A DNA stretch of 64,000 bases from the NCBI GenBank assembly GCA_045863395.1, contig BTVJ01000020.1:1-64000 (forward strand). The letters run 5' to 3'. A program made the position numbers and the translations under genes. Numbering within the stretch: position 1 is the stretch's first letter; every line of letters starts with the position of its first letter. This DNA is from Myxococcales bacterium. Its GTDB lineage: Bacteria > Myxococcota_A > UBA9042 > JABWCM01 > BTVJ01. Below are positions 1 to 9,310 of this stretch, piece by piece. Under the pieces are notes generated by a model. That model was given only the letters and a program-made list of their open reading frames with translations, did no database searches and was not told the DNA's origin.

Positions 1-30
1 GTCCGACGCAGCCGCTGCGCGAGGTGTAGT

Positions 31-135
31 ATGAAGCACGCTCCCTCGACGTGGACGTGCTCACCTGCAGCCGATGTGTGGTGCCCATGGTCGTCCTCGC
101 CTTCCTGACCGCCCCCAGCGTCCACAGCCCGCGCC
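31..135 (+). pseudogene. Remnant of the C-terminus of an IS91-like transposase
   Basis: Translates (with a frameshift) as MKHA/LDVDVLTCSRCVVPMVVLAFLTAPSV, resembling the 'DVLxCPRCGGxMxxIAxIxDP' Zn-ribbon tail of IS91-type transposases; no intact ORF. Confidence 0.4.
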
Positions 136-1173
136 ACCGTGAGCCACGTCCTGTCCGTCCTCGGCCCACGGCCCGGTCGGCAACCTGCCTCGTCATCACG
201 GCGCGCGCCGAGGCATCATCTCGGGCGGGATGCACACCTGCGTCCTTCCCTAAATTCGACATCGGGCAGTCTCAAAGTCGTTGACACGTTCCGGCCACGC
301 CGCCGGTTCAGTTCGTCAAACTCCTGAGTCCACCTTTGAGAGGACAGTGCGAAGAGCGACTCCAAGGGCTCCCATCCCACGCGACTGCGCGCCTGGGCTG
401 TTGCGGACGACGACATATACGCCCCGGTAGCTGGCTCTCGCTTCGTTTTCTTGGGTGCGGCGACGAGACCCAGCTAGGATCAGGGGGGGGGGATCCACTA
501 GCGGCCGCCGTGGGGGATCAGGAAATGGCCGGCCGTGAAGTCCTCCCCGTGCTCGACGCCCACGCGCGACACCCAGCGCCCTTCCTACCCGAGGAATTCG
601 TGCCCTGGGTCCACGCGAAGTTGCCCGACAGCCAGCGCACCTGTCTACGCCGCCAACAGATCATGCGCCGCGCACGTTCAGCCAAGAACCGGCCCCTGCT
701 GCTCGCTGAGCTGGAGAACCGCTATCGGGGCCTCCCGCCGGGCGGATAGCGGGCCGTTGAAAAAAGAGCGGCCAGCTCATTTGTACCTCGGGCTGTCACG
801 CCGGAGGAAGCCAGCGATCGACACAATGCTCCGAATTTTGGCAGTCAACCAGCACGGCTCAAGCCCTGTCGGATGATTGTTCGCCAGAACAGCACAATCG
901 AACCGTACTACTTGGCGGAGTGGAAATCAGAACCTCCCCTGCACGCACGTGAGTCAGAGTCCGCAACGTCTTGCGCATCGTTCGCAATACCAGCACAGTT
1001 ACATCGGTCATCCACGCGGTCCAGCACCCGGTACCTAGCGGATTGACCACCGCTCCTATTCAAGCGCACTGTTTGAGGCGTGCCCGGAACAGCATGTCGC
1101 TGCGGGCGACGAGGGGCGCCGCCCGACGCAGACACGGCAATGGACGGAGAGGTCATGAGGACACGAGTCGGCT

Positions 1174-1237
1174 GGATCGACGGATCGACGGTTCGACGGA
1201 TCGACGGTTCGGCGGAGCGACGGAGCGACGGATCGAC
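1174..1237 (+). repeat. Tandem octamer repeat, 8 units, consensus GGATCGAC
   Basis: ggatcgac ggatcgac ggttcgac ggatcgac ggttcggc ggagcgac ggagcgac ggatcgac read directly from the sequence. Confidence 0.9.
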
Positions 1238-1291
1238 GGAGCTCGTAGAACACGCGACGCCCGTCGTTCGTGGGCGCACTGCCTGCTGGTG

Positions 1292-3442
1292 ATGGCGTGC
1301 TTTGCCGTGCCGGCCACGGCCCAAGCGTCTGAGGAGCCCTGGCTGGAGCTCAGCGAGCCAAGCGCGCAGTCCACCCAAGACGGGGTCACCGTCGTGACCT
1401 TTGGCGTCATCCCTGCTCTGGACCAGATCACGACGATCTCGGCTTCCATCACGTCAAGCGCCGACGCTTCTGGCAACGCGCCGGCAGTGCAACTCAATCA
1501 CAGCTCGTTCGCGGCCAACGCGTCGAACGCCTATGAGCCATTCGCTCTGACGGTCGCTCCCGCCACGGACAGCGATGGCTCCCTTTCGGTCGTCGAGATC
1601 GAGTTCGCCCCCGACTCGAAGGCATCGCATCCAAAGCGGAGTCGGTTCTGCTTCCGCCATGAGGGGTCCGCCGTTCAGCTCATCTCATTCGAGGAGTATC
1701 ACGAGATTCTCACCGGAGATGGACCACATCCCACGCTGCTCTCAGTACCCACATTGCTGCCACCGCCCTCGGGATACGAGCACGCCACCCCGGCGGAAAA
1801 TCCATGGTCGACCCCGGAGGAGAAAGCGTTTGCCGAGGAGCTGCTGGCACGCCATGGATTGGCCACCATGGAGGGACCATTGGACCAGGTCGCAGCCACG
1901 GTGCTCGGCGGCGCCGACGTAGGGTCTGGCGGATGCAACTCGGCCGGCCGCAGCGCCCAGTCGTGGATGGTCATCGCGGCGGCGCTTGCCCTGGGTTTCT
2001 CCCTGTCTCGGCGACCCCGGTCTGGGCGCATGCTCCTCGTCCCGGTGGCAGTCTTGACTGTTCTGACACTGCCGTCAGCGGCGAAAGCCGCGACCTGTTA
2101 CCTGCAGGGCTACGTGGCGTTCTGGGACACTATCGAGTGGCGCTATTCGGAGTCCGGATCACGGCACGGCACGTGTGACACGGGCGACACGAGTTGTGTC
2201 GTCACGGACGCCGACTGCTGTTACAGCGGTATACCCTACGTCGCAGTGAAGCTGCACCGTGGGAGCACCGCATGGGGGGACGTCATCCAGACGACGACAA
2301 GCGGTTCTGGCGGCTATTTCGTCATCTGGGACACGGAGTGCGATCCGCAGCAGGACTACTTCATCAGCGTGCACTATCAGCGTTCGGAGTGGCCAGCGCA
2401 CTTTACACTCACCTCGCAGACAGGCACCGAGGGTTACCGTCAGACATTTACTACCCCCCTGACGCTGAGCACCTCGTCCTGGACCAACGCAGGACAGCTC
2501 TCGGTGAACGCATCGGGTGATACCACCTCCCTTTCCGGCGATCTTGCCGCAATCTGGAAGACGGCGTACATGACCGCCGCCGCCGTCGAGGCCGATGGAG
2601 AGACCCGCCTTCGCAAGGTCCTCGGCAGCGGAAACTCCTACGACCGCATCATGATGCGCCGTTACAGCGTGCCGCTGAGCTTCGCCGACTGCGACGATAA
2701 CGGTAACGGCGTCAAAGATGACCACTGGGTGGCCCTTGACCCGTCCGATTCGCGGAGGACCACTCCGGCACACGAATTGGGTCACATACTGCATGTGCGA
2801 ACAGTGGGTTGCAGCGGCGACCGCGTGGGCTACGGCGGAGAAGGCTGGGGCAAGGGCATTCCAGAAGGAGGGTTCTACGAAGGCTATGCAAACCTCATTC
2901 GCGTCCTCACGTTCTGGGACCCATCCTCCACGGCGACGGCTACCCTGCGATCCTACTATCCGTGCACGGACATGAGCGGGTACGACAACTCCAACGACAC
3001 ATCGGACCCGCGCAACATCTGGTACGCCATTTGGGAGCTACTGGACTCGGACAACTCCGATGGCGATGCATCTACAGACTACTTCGACCTCACGTTGAAG
3101 AACTGGAACGATGCCATGTGGAGCATCCAGAGCCAGAACCCGGCGACTTGCTCCCAGGGGCAGAATCGGACAGTGTGCGAGTTCTTCAGGGACCCGGTGG
3201 ACCCAGAGCTTGAGTGCGATGATGGCAATGGCTCGGAGGACTGTGACCCCAGTGATACCTGTGAATGGGAATTGTGCTACACAGGCGACCCCCACGGTCG
3301 CAACCTCCGCGACGTAGGCTACACCCTCGCCGCCCTGCTCAGCATCTCGGACACCAACGTCGGCAACACCTTGTCGGCGTCCCACTGCGTGGGTCCGCGT
3401 GACGACAACTACCCCTATACCGGAGGGTATCACTTCGACTGA
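1292..3442 (+). CDS. Secreted protein with internal MYXO-CTERM-like segment and C-terminal HExxH zinc-metallopeptidase-like domain (start uncertain; frame open from 971)
   Basis: Signal-peptide end ATAQA; GGCNS-TM-RRPR at 1928-2020; second signal-like segment ending AKA; HELGHILH at 2771; Cys/Asp-rich C-terminus. Confidence 0.7.
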   Translation: MACFAVPATAQASEEPWLELSEPSAQSTQDGVTVVTFGVIPALDQITTISASITSSADASGNAPAVQLNHSSFAANASNAYEPFALTVAPATDSDGSLSVVEIEFAPDSKASHPKRSRFCFRHEGSAVQLISFEEYHEILTGDGPHPTLLSVPTLLPPPSGYEHATPAENPWSTPEEKAFAEELLARHGLATMEGPLDQVAATVLGGADVGSGGCNSAGRSAQSWMVIAAALALGFSLSRRPRSGRMLLVPVAVLTVLTLPSAAKAATCYLQGYVAFWDTIEWRYSESGSRHGTCDTGDTSCVVTDADCCYSGIPYVAVKLHRGSTAWGDVIQTTTSGSGGYFVIWDTECDPQQDYFISVHYQRSEWPAHFTLTSQTGTEGYRQTFTTPLTLSTSSWTNAGQLSVNASGDTTSLSGDLAAIWKTAYMTAAAVEADGETRLRKVLGSGNSYDRIMMRRYSVPLSFADCDDNGNGVKDDHWVALDPSDSRRTTPAHELGHILHVRTVGCSGDRVGYGGEGWGKGIPEGGFYEGYANLIRVLTFWDPSSTATATLRSYYPCTDMSGYDNSNDTSDPRNIWYAIWELLDSDNSDGDASTDYFDLTLKNWNDAMWSIQSQNPATCSQGQNRTVCEFFRDPVDPELECDDGNGSEDCDPSDTCEWELCYTGDPHGRNLRDVGYTLAALLSISDTNVGNTLSASHCVGPRDDNYPYTGGYHFD

Positions 3443-3527
3443 TGCCTTCGGTCCTGGGACCGCACCGTCCAACGACGGACGGTGCGGCCAGGGATGCGAG
3501 TCGGAGCCTGCAGGGCGGAGGTTCGGG

Positions 3528-4892
3528 ATGACGTGCATCCGATCGCTCGCGACGTCAATCGTCATTCTCGTGGGGTGTGGAGGGTCTGGTACTTCTCCCC
3601 CGACCCCGACGGGCCCGTCCCCAGACGTGAGGGACGTCTCCGCATCCCCGTCGGATGCCCATTCTGACACCGATGACGACGCGCCCGACCTGCACGATGG
3701 CGCCGACGGTCTCGCCGACGCTGACGGTCACGACGTGATTGCCGAGGATGTGCCCGGAGAATTTCCCGCGTGCCAGCCGGACTGCGAGGGACGCCAGTGT
3801 GGAGACGACGGGTGTGGTGGTGTTTGCGGCGTCTGTGAGAACCTGCTGGACCGCTGCACGGATGGAGTCTGCGAGTGCAGCCTGAGCTGTCCCAAGGGCC
3901 TCTGCGGCGTGGACTCCTGCGGCCGATACTGTGCGTGTGCAGAGGGCAAGATCTGCACGTTGGACAACGAGTGCATCCAGGCAGCGCCGCAGTGCGACGA
4001 ACACGGCTTCTGTCTGATCCCGGCCGCGACGTTTCTGATGGGGGACGACCGCGTGCCCCCTGATGGCGAGCTGATTCCAGGGCTGGACATGCACGTCCCG
4101 GCACACCCCGTCACGATCACGAGGCCGTTTCGTATCCAGCGTACGGAGGTCACTCAGGCCGCCTGGTTGGAGCTCATGGGTGGCCCCAATCCCTCCCAGG
4201 CAGAGGCCTGCGGCGGCGCCTGCCCTGTCACGCGGGTCACGTTCTTCGATGCGCTGCGCTACGCCAACGCCATGAGCGCGCGCGACGGTTTGGCGCCATG
4301 TTACGATCTGGAGGGCTGCGGCGTCGCCGAGAACGGCGTCTCGACCGAGTGTGAGCGGGCCACCTACGTAGGAGCGGCGTGCGTCGGTTATCGCATCCCG
4401 AGTGAGGCGGAGTGGGAGCTGGCTGCGCGCGGGGGCACTACCGGGTGCTTCCCGGGCGGCGATCTGGCGATCCTGGACGACCACTGCGTCGCAGTTCCCG
4501 AGATCGATCCCTATGGCTGGTACTGCGCGAACAGCTTCGCGACCTACGACGGGGCTTTGGAGTGCACGGGTCATGAGGGAAAGACGTGCGGGCTGCAGCC
4601 GGTGGGCACCAAGCTGGCGAACTCCTTCGGACTCCATGACATGCACGGGAACGCTCGGGAGCTCGTAGCTACGCTGTTGGAGCCGTATCCTGCTGCTGCG
4701 GAGGTCGATCCCGGGGTTGACCTGGTGTTTGAGCTGGGGAAGGCGGGAGTGTCGAGAAACGGCACCTATAGTTCGGGTGCTGCGCTCCTCTGCTCCTTCT
4801 GGAGGGCCGGCCCCGGCTTGAACTACAAGAGCGTCAAAGGAGGGACCCAGGGGTTTCGACTGGCGCAGTCCGTGCCCCACACCCCGAGGTGA
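3528..4892 (+). CDS. Lipoprotein with Cys-rich repeats and SUMF1/FGE-sulfatase-fold domain
   Basis: GGAGG RBS; lipobox ILVGC; CxxxxCGDDGCGGxCG repeat; motifs FLMG, TEVTQ, RIPSEAEWELAARGG, NSFGLHDMHGNARE, GFRLA. Confidence 0.85.
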   Translation: MTCIRSLATSIVILVGCGGSGTSPPTPTGPSPDVRDVSASPSDAHSDTDDDAPDLHDGADGLADADGHDVIAEDVPGEFPACQPDCEGRQCGDDGCGGVCGVCENLLDRCTDGVCECSLSCPKGLCGVDSCGRYCACAEGKICTLDNECIQAAPQCDEHGFCLIPAATFLMGDDRVPPDGELIPGLDMHVPAHPVTITRPFRIQRTEVTQAAWLELMGGPNPSQAEACGGACPVTRVTFFDALRYANAMSARDGLAPCYDLEGCGVAENGVSTECERATYVGAACVGYRIPSEAEWELAARGGTTGCFPGGDLAILDDHCVAVPEIDPYGWYCANSFATYDGALECTGHEGKTCGLQPVGTKLANSFGLHDMHGNARELVATLLEPYPAAAEVDPGVDLVFELGKAGVSRNGTYSSGAALLCSFWRAGPGLNYKSVKGGTQGFRLAQSVPHTPR

Positions 4893-5136
4893 CCCACCTG
4901 GCCTGGCCCTTCTTTCGGCCATCGCGTCCGTGCTACGAGCGAATGAGCTAGCGGGAGTAGTGGCAAGGCGGCCGCTTGCGGGGCCGGCCGCTTCGCATTC
5001 CATGGCCTCATTCCGGAGGGAGCGCCGGCTGTGGTCAGCATCACGACCCGGCGCACGGAGGCGGTGACGACGCCTGCGGCGGGCGTGGAAGCGCCGTGGA
5101 GAGTCTGGCGAGGTCGTCCCGCTGAGGAGCCGCGCC

Positions 5137-5973
5137 ATGCCATATGCGGGCTTCCTGGTGCGGGCCCTCGAGGCGGTCAAGTACCTCATCGAGAACTGGG
5201 AGGACCCGAAGAACGCCCCGGAGGCGCTCTACGAGCTGGCCAAGGCCCTGCCAAGCATCGGCCGCATGCTGGCGCGGGTCGACTGGAGCAGCGTCGAGTG
5301 GGGCAAGACGTTGACGGCGCTCGTCATGGCCGACATCCCCAACTTCGCGGAGATCAAGCAGATCGCCCGCTTCGCGCGGGAGGCGGACGCCAAGGGCCTG
5401 CTGCCCGACGAGATCAAGGGGAGCGAGCTGTACCAGGCCATCATGAACACGGACTCGGCGAACGCCATCGCGAGCGCCCTCGAGAAGCTGAGCGACAAGG
5501 AGCGGGAGGCGCTGCTCGACGCGCTGAAGAAGGGCAAGCGCGAGGGCATGGAGCTGCCGGACGACGTGGAGGCGTTCCTGCTCGACAAGGCGCGTGTCAC
5601 GGCTACTGCCAAGGACCTGCGGGACCTCGAGGCCATGGAGGGCGACCTCCAGGCCCTGGGGATGGCGAGCGCCACGGCGCAGGTGATCGGGGCGGCGGGC
5701 GGGAGCGACGCGGCGGCGGGCAGCGTCGTTGGCGTCCCGAGTCGCCGCGCCCCCCGCCGACCGCGGCGCACCGCCGCTTCCGTCTGGCCGAGGACCGCCG
5801 CCCCCGCTCGCGGGCTTCGCGCCCAGCGCCCCCCGGGCGACCAAGGGGGGCCCTCAGGACCGGATGGCTGCAGCCAGGCGCCGAAGGAACGGCCGCACGT
5901 CGTCGCTGGAGATCGCGACCGACCACTCCGCGACCGTCGTCGGAACGCCGAGCAGAGCCAACATGGCGCATAG
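5137..5973 (+). CDS. Hypothetical helical protein; the 3' third is probably read-through into non-coding sequence
   Basis: GAGGAG RBS and genome-like codon usage to about 5710, then an Arg/Pro-rich tail overlapping the convergent gene. Confidence 0.5.
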   Translation: MPYAGFLVRALEAVKYLIENWEDPKNAPEALYELAKALPSIGRMLARVDWSSVEWGKTLTALVMADIPNFAEIKQIARFAREADAKGLLPDEIKGSELYQAIMNTDSANAIASALEKLSDKEREALLDALKKGKREGMELPDDVEAFLLDKARVTATAKDLRDLEAMEGDLQALGMASATAQVIGAAGGSDAAAGSVVGVPSRRAPRRPRRTAASVWPRTAAPARGLRAQRPPGDQGGPSGPDGCSQAPKERPHVVAGDRDRPLRDRRRNAEQSQHGA

Positions 5974-6432
5974 TCTCTCCCGGTCTGGGGACCTGTGACG
6001 CTCGAAGAGCTCCTCGATGTCGCGGAGGTCTCGTGGGCGCCCCGCCAGCAGCTTGAAGGCGACGACGTCCTCGAGCCTCGCGAGCGGCACCCGATGACCA
6101 CCTGGCAGCTCCCGCTCGGCTGCCCCCTCGATCACGTGCCGCTCGAAGTCGCTGTCCGCGAGCAGGAGGTCGAGCCGGTACCGATTGGCGTGAACCGCCT
6201 GGATGACGGACCCGACGAGCTGAACGTCCAAGAAGCCCGCTTGCTCGAGGACCCGCAAGACGGAGGGTACGGCGCCCGCCTCGACGGCCACTGACAGGTC
6301 CACGTCGCGCGTGGCGCGGGTGTTTCCGTGGAGGATGGCCGCCACGCCACCGATCAACGCGAAGGGGACACCGCCGTCAGCGAGAGCGTTGGAGGCGTCC
6401 TTCAGTACGGTCTCCAACGGGCTGTCGTTCAC
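5854..6432 (-). CDS. Nucleotidyltransferase-family protein (Pol-beta/MNT-like)
   Basis: LIGGVAAILHG..RATRDVDL catalytic motif and C-terminal KLLAGRPRDLRDI motif. Confidence 0.8.
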   Translation of the reverse strand: MNDSPLETVLKDASNALADGGVPFALIGGVAAILHGNTRATRDVDLSVAVEAGAVPSVLRVLEQAGFLDVQLVGSVIQAVHANRYRLDLLLADSDFERHVIEGAAERELPGGHRVPLARLEDVVAFKLLAGRPRDLRDIEELFERHRSPDRERLCAMLALLGVPTTVAEWSVAISSDDVRPFLRRLAAAIRS

Positions 6433-6718
6433 GGAGCACCCTCTTCATGTCAAGGAGTTGCGCGAGGTGCTCCTGGGCGGTCGGGCCCACGCCAGGCGGC
6501 AACTCGACAGGCCAGATCGGGCGCAGAGCCGGAGCGTCGTGCTCCGGTGCGTTTGGCTCGTGTTCTCGGGTGGCCATCGTCGGGAGGGTAGGCGCCGAGC
6601 CGGCCCGCGTCAACGGCGACCAGTGGATGGTGTCCCCTGACAAGGTCATGCCGGGCACGAGCCCCTGCTGATCGCGCACCTCGCGAGGGATGACGACCTG
6701 ACCTCTTGCCGAGAGCAC
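6377..6718 (-). CDS. Truncated AbrB/MazE-type DNA-binding domain in frame with a small ORF (alternative ATG at 6577)
   Basis: N-terminus LSARGQVVIPREVRDQQGLVPGMTL matches the AbrB/SpoVT pattern; overlaps the start of the nucleotidyltransferase gene. Confidence 0.55.
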   Translation of the reverse strand: MLSARGQVVIPREVRDQQGLVPGMTLSGDTIHWSPLTRAGSAPTLPTMATREHEPNAPEHDAPALRPIWPVELPPGVGPTAQEHLAQLLDMKRVLRERQPVGDRTEGRLQRSR

Positions 6719-6982
6719 TGCGGTGGAGATGGCCGGCCTCCCTTGCGCCCGCCCAAGCCGATGGCAAGGCTAGCCCTCCAGGCAACGTGACGCGAGAGCG
6801 GCTCTGCCTCGGCCGGGAGCCGCGGGGCTGCCTTGGTCCAGCGCGGGGGCTCCGTCGACGACCACGTCCGGACGTCCAACTGCAACGGCCCGGCGCGGAC
6901 GACGCCGCGAAGGACCCTCGTTGGGTGGGACAGGAGGATGGGGGCGACCTGTGAGGGGGTACCCGCAACAGCGAGCCCACCG

Positions 6983-8041
6983 TCAGCGCGCGAAGCGGAG
7001 CCGCGCCACGATTCCCCGGTGGTCCGACAGGGCGGGACCGTCATGAAGGACCCGCCCCTCCGTGACGACGAAGCCCGGGCGCACGAACAGGTAGTCCAGG
7101 CGGCGGCTGGGGGCGTCCGCGGGGAAGGTGAACGTGGCCGGGTCGTCGGGTCCGGCTGGCCCCAGCGCCTCCCGGAGCCCGTCCATTGCGTAGATCCTGG
7201 CCATGGACTTGTCCTCCCGGAAGTCCGCGTCCGGCTCGTCCGCAAAGCCATGGCGGCGGGTGGCGCCGGGCGGGAGCGCGTTGAAGTCACCGACCAGCAC
7301 GACCCGATCCGTCTCCAGCCCGCGCAGCACGTCCTCCAGGATGCCCACCTGAGCCTCCCGGTTGGGCACGTCAAACGCCTCCAGGTGCACGTTGACCAGC
7401 TCCACGACCCGACCGCCGCCCGCCTCGATGGTGACCGCCTGGAGCGCCCGGTGCAGGTAGAACCAGTTGTACCAGAACGGGTTTGCCGCGGGCTGCGGCA
7501 GCCGGTAGCGCACCGACGACCGGATCGGCAGGCGCGAGAGGACGCACTGGCCGCTCTTCATGCGCCCGTAGTGCCGAGCCGGTGGCCAGTAGGGGAACGG
7601 GACGTAGTTGTTCTCCCACGTCAGCGCGCACGCGTAGTTGGACCAACCGAGCTTCTCCGTGAGGTACCGGGCCTGGTCGATGCCGTGGCTGCGGTGGGCG
7701 CCGAGATCCACCTCCTGCAGCGCCGCCACGTGCGCGCCGGTCGCCTCGATCTGCGCGGCGAGGGCGTCCAGGGTTCGCTCGATGTGGTCCCGGGTCCAGG
7801 GTCCGGCCTCATCACCACCGGGCCCCCGCCCGTAGGCGATGTTGTAGCCGACGACGATCAGCTCGTCGCCGACCCCGCTCTCCGCTCGCGTCGCCCCCGC
7901 AAAGACATGCACCTCGCCCGGCGATACGGAGCGGCTGTCCGTCGTCCCGCTCGCCGCCCACCAGAGCAGGAGGGCGGCCACGACGAGCACGCCGAGCAGA
8001 GCGAGCAATGCGACCATCGTGACCCTTCTGAGCAGCTTCAT
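6983..8041 (-). CDS. Endonuclease/exonuclease/phosphatase (EEP) family protein, membrane anchored
   Basis: Motifs YNI, LQEVD, NVHL, GDFN, LDY, SDH; N-terminal transmembrane helix. Confidence 0.9.
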   Translation of the reverse strand: MKLLRRVTMVALLALLGVLVVAALLLWWAASGTTDSRSVSPGEVHVFAGATRAESGVGDELIVVGYNIAYGRGPGGDEAGPWTRDHIERTLDALAAQIEATGAHVAALQEVDLGAHRSHGIDQARYLTEKLGWSNYACALTWENNYVPFPYWPPARHYGRMKSGQCVLSRLPIRSSVRYRLPQPAANPFWYNWFYLHRALQAVTIEAGGGRVVELVNVHLEAFDVPNREAQVGILEDVLRGLETDRVVLVGDFNALPPGATRRHGFADEPDADFREDKSMARIYAMDGLREALGPAGPDDPATFTFPADAPSRRLDYLFVRPGFVVTEGRVLHDGPALSDHRGIVARLRFAR

Positions 8042-8164
8042 GATGGGGACTGGTGTAGCAGCAACGGGACATGGCGGCAACTCTGGAGCCCGGTCGAAGC
8101 CGGTCGAGGCCACCCTCCCCCACGTCCCCGCAACAATCCGCCGCACTCGCGTGTTCAAGCGGGC

Positions 8165-9226
8165 GTGAACGGACGCGGCTCACTTCCCATCGGCAGCGTG
8201 CTCGGCTTCCCCGTGCGGGTGCACTGGACCCTCCCGGTGGCGCTCCTCGTCCTCGGCGTCGCGGGCGGCGGCGGAGCCCTCGGGTTCCTCCTCGTCCTCG
8301 CCATCGCCGCCGGGCTGTTCGGCAGCGTTCTGCTCCACGAGCTGGGCCACGCGGTCGTCGCACGCCGCCTCGGTGTCCAGGTGCAGGGCATCCTGCTGAC
8401 CCCGCTGGGCGGCATGTCCTTCCTCACGTCACAGCCACGGCGCCCGCGTGACGAGGCGCTGATCGCAGCCGCCGGGCCCGCCGTCAGCCTGCTCCTCGCC
8501 GCCGTGTTCGCGGGCGCCTACTACGGCATCGAGGGAGGCACGGACCCGACTTCCCCCCTTGCCGCCCTGCTGGCCATCAACCTGATCATCGGCCTGTTCA
8601 ATCTGGTGCCGGCCTTCCCCATGGACGGGGGGCGCCTGCTCCGCGCCGCGCTGACGACCCGCATGGGCATCGCCGGAGCGACCCACACCGCGGCCGGTGT
8701 CGGGCGCTTCCTGGCGGTCCTCGCGATCGGGTGGGGGCTGGCTTCGGGCACGTGGATGCTCGCGCTCGTCGCAGTCTTCGTGTTGGTGGCCGGGCGCCTG
8801 GAGGAGCGCGGGGTGGTGACCCGAGAGGTAATCGCCGGCCTCGTCGCCCGCCAGGTGATGCAGACCCCGGTCACGGCGCTGGACCCGGTGATGGGGGCAA
8901 GCGCCGCCTGGGAGATAGCGCGCATGATCCCCCAGGCGGTCTTCCCCGTGCTCTGGGGCGACCGCGTGCTGGGCATCGTCGCCCGGGCGGACCTTGCGCG
9001 CCTCAAGGATGACGGCCACGGCAACGCCCCCCTGTCCATGCACATCGACAGGGAGGTCCCGCGCGTGGACGAGGAGGCTACGGTGGAGGAGGTGCTGCGG
9101 GCGATGGTGGAGGCAAAACGAGGCGCCGCCGTGGTCACTCGCGAGGGCCAGCTCAGCGGCGTCCTCACCGTGGACGACATGCTCCGCCGCGCCGCGCGCC
9201 TCCGCGCCCCGGGTCTGCCCGGCTGA
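8165..9226 (+). CDS. Site-2 protease (M50) with tandem CBS domains
   Basis: HELGH and FNLVPAFPMDGG motifs, several TM helices, C-terminal CBS pair; GTG start within the 6833 ORF. Confidence 0.92.
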   Translation: MNGRGSLPIGSVLGFPVRVHWTLPVALLVLGVAGGGGALGFLLVLAIAAGLFGSVLLHELGHAVVARRLGVQVQGILLTPLGGMSFLTSQPRRPRDEALIAAAGPAVSLLLAAVFAGAYYGIEGGTDPTSPLAALLAINLIIGLFNLVPAFPMDGGRLLRAALTTRMGIAGATHTAAGVGRFLAVLAIGWGLASGTWMLALVAVFVLVAGRLEERGVVTREVIAGLVARQVMQTPVTALDPVMGASAAWEIARMIPQAVFPVLWGDRVLGIVARADLARLKDDGHGNAPLSMHIDREVPRVDEEATVEEVLRAMVEAKRGAAVVTREGQLSGVLTVDDMLRRAARLRAPGLPG

Positions 9227-9310
9227 CCCGCCGCCCTTCGTGTTGCGGGCCCGCGCGCCATCGTGGTAGTCGTCGCCTGGGGACCCTCGCCCGCCCCAGG
9301 AGGCCCGCTG

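Noticed and set aside
336..749. 137-aa ORF
   Set aside because: Only the C-terminal half looks protein-like and no family is recognisable; possibly a gene fragment
4700..4892. FGE-fold C-terminus as a DGR variable region, or a true formylglycine-generating enzyme
   Set aside because: No template repeat or reverse transcriptase in the window; the catalytic Cys pair motif is absent
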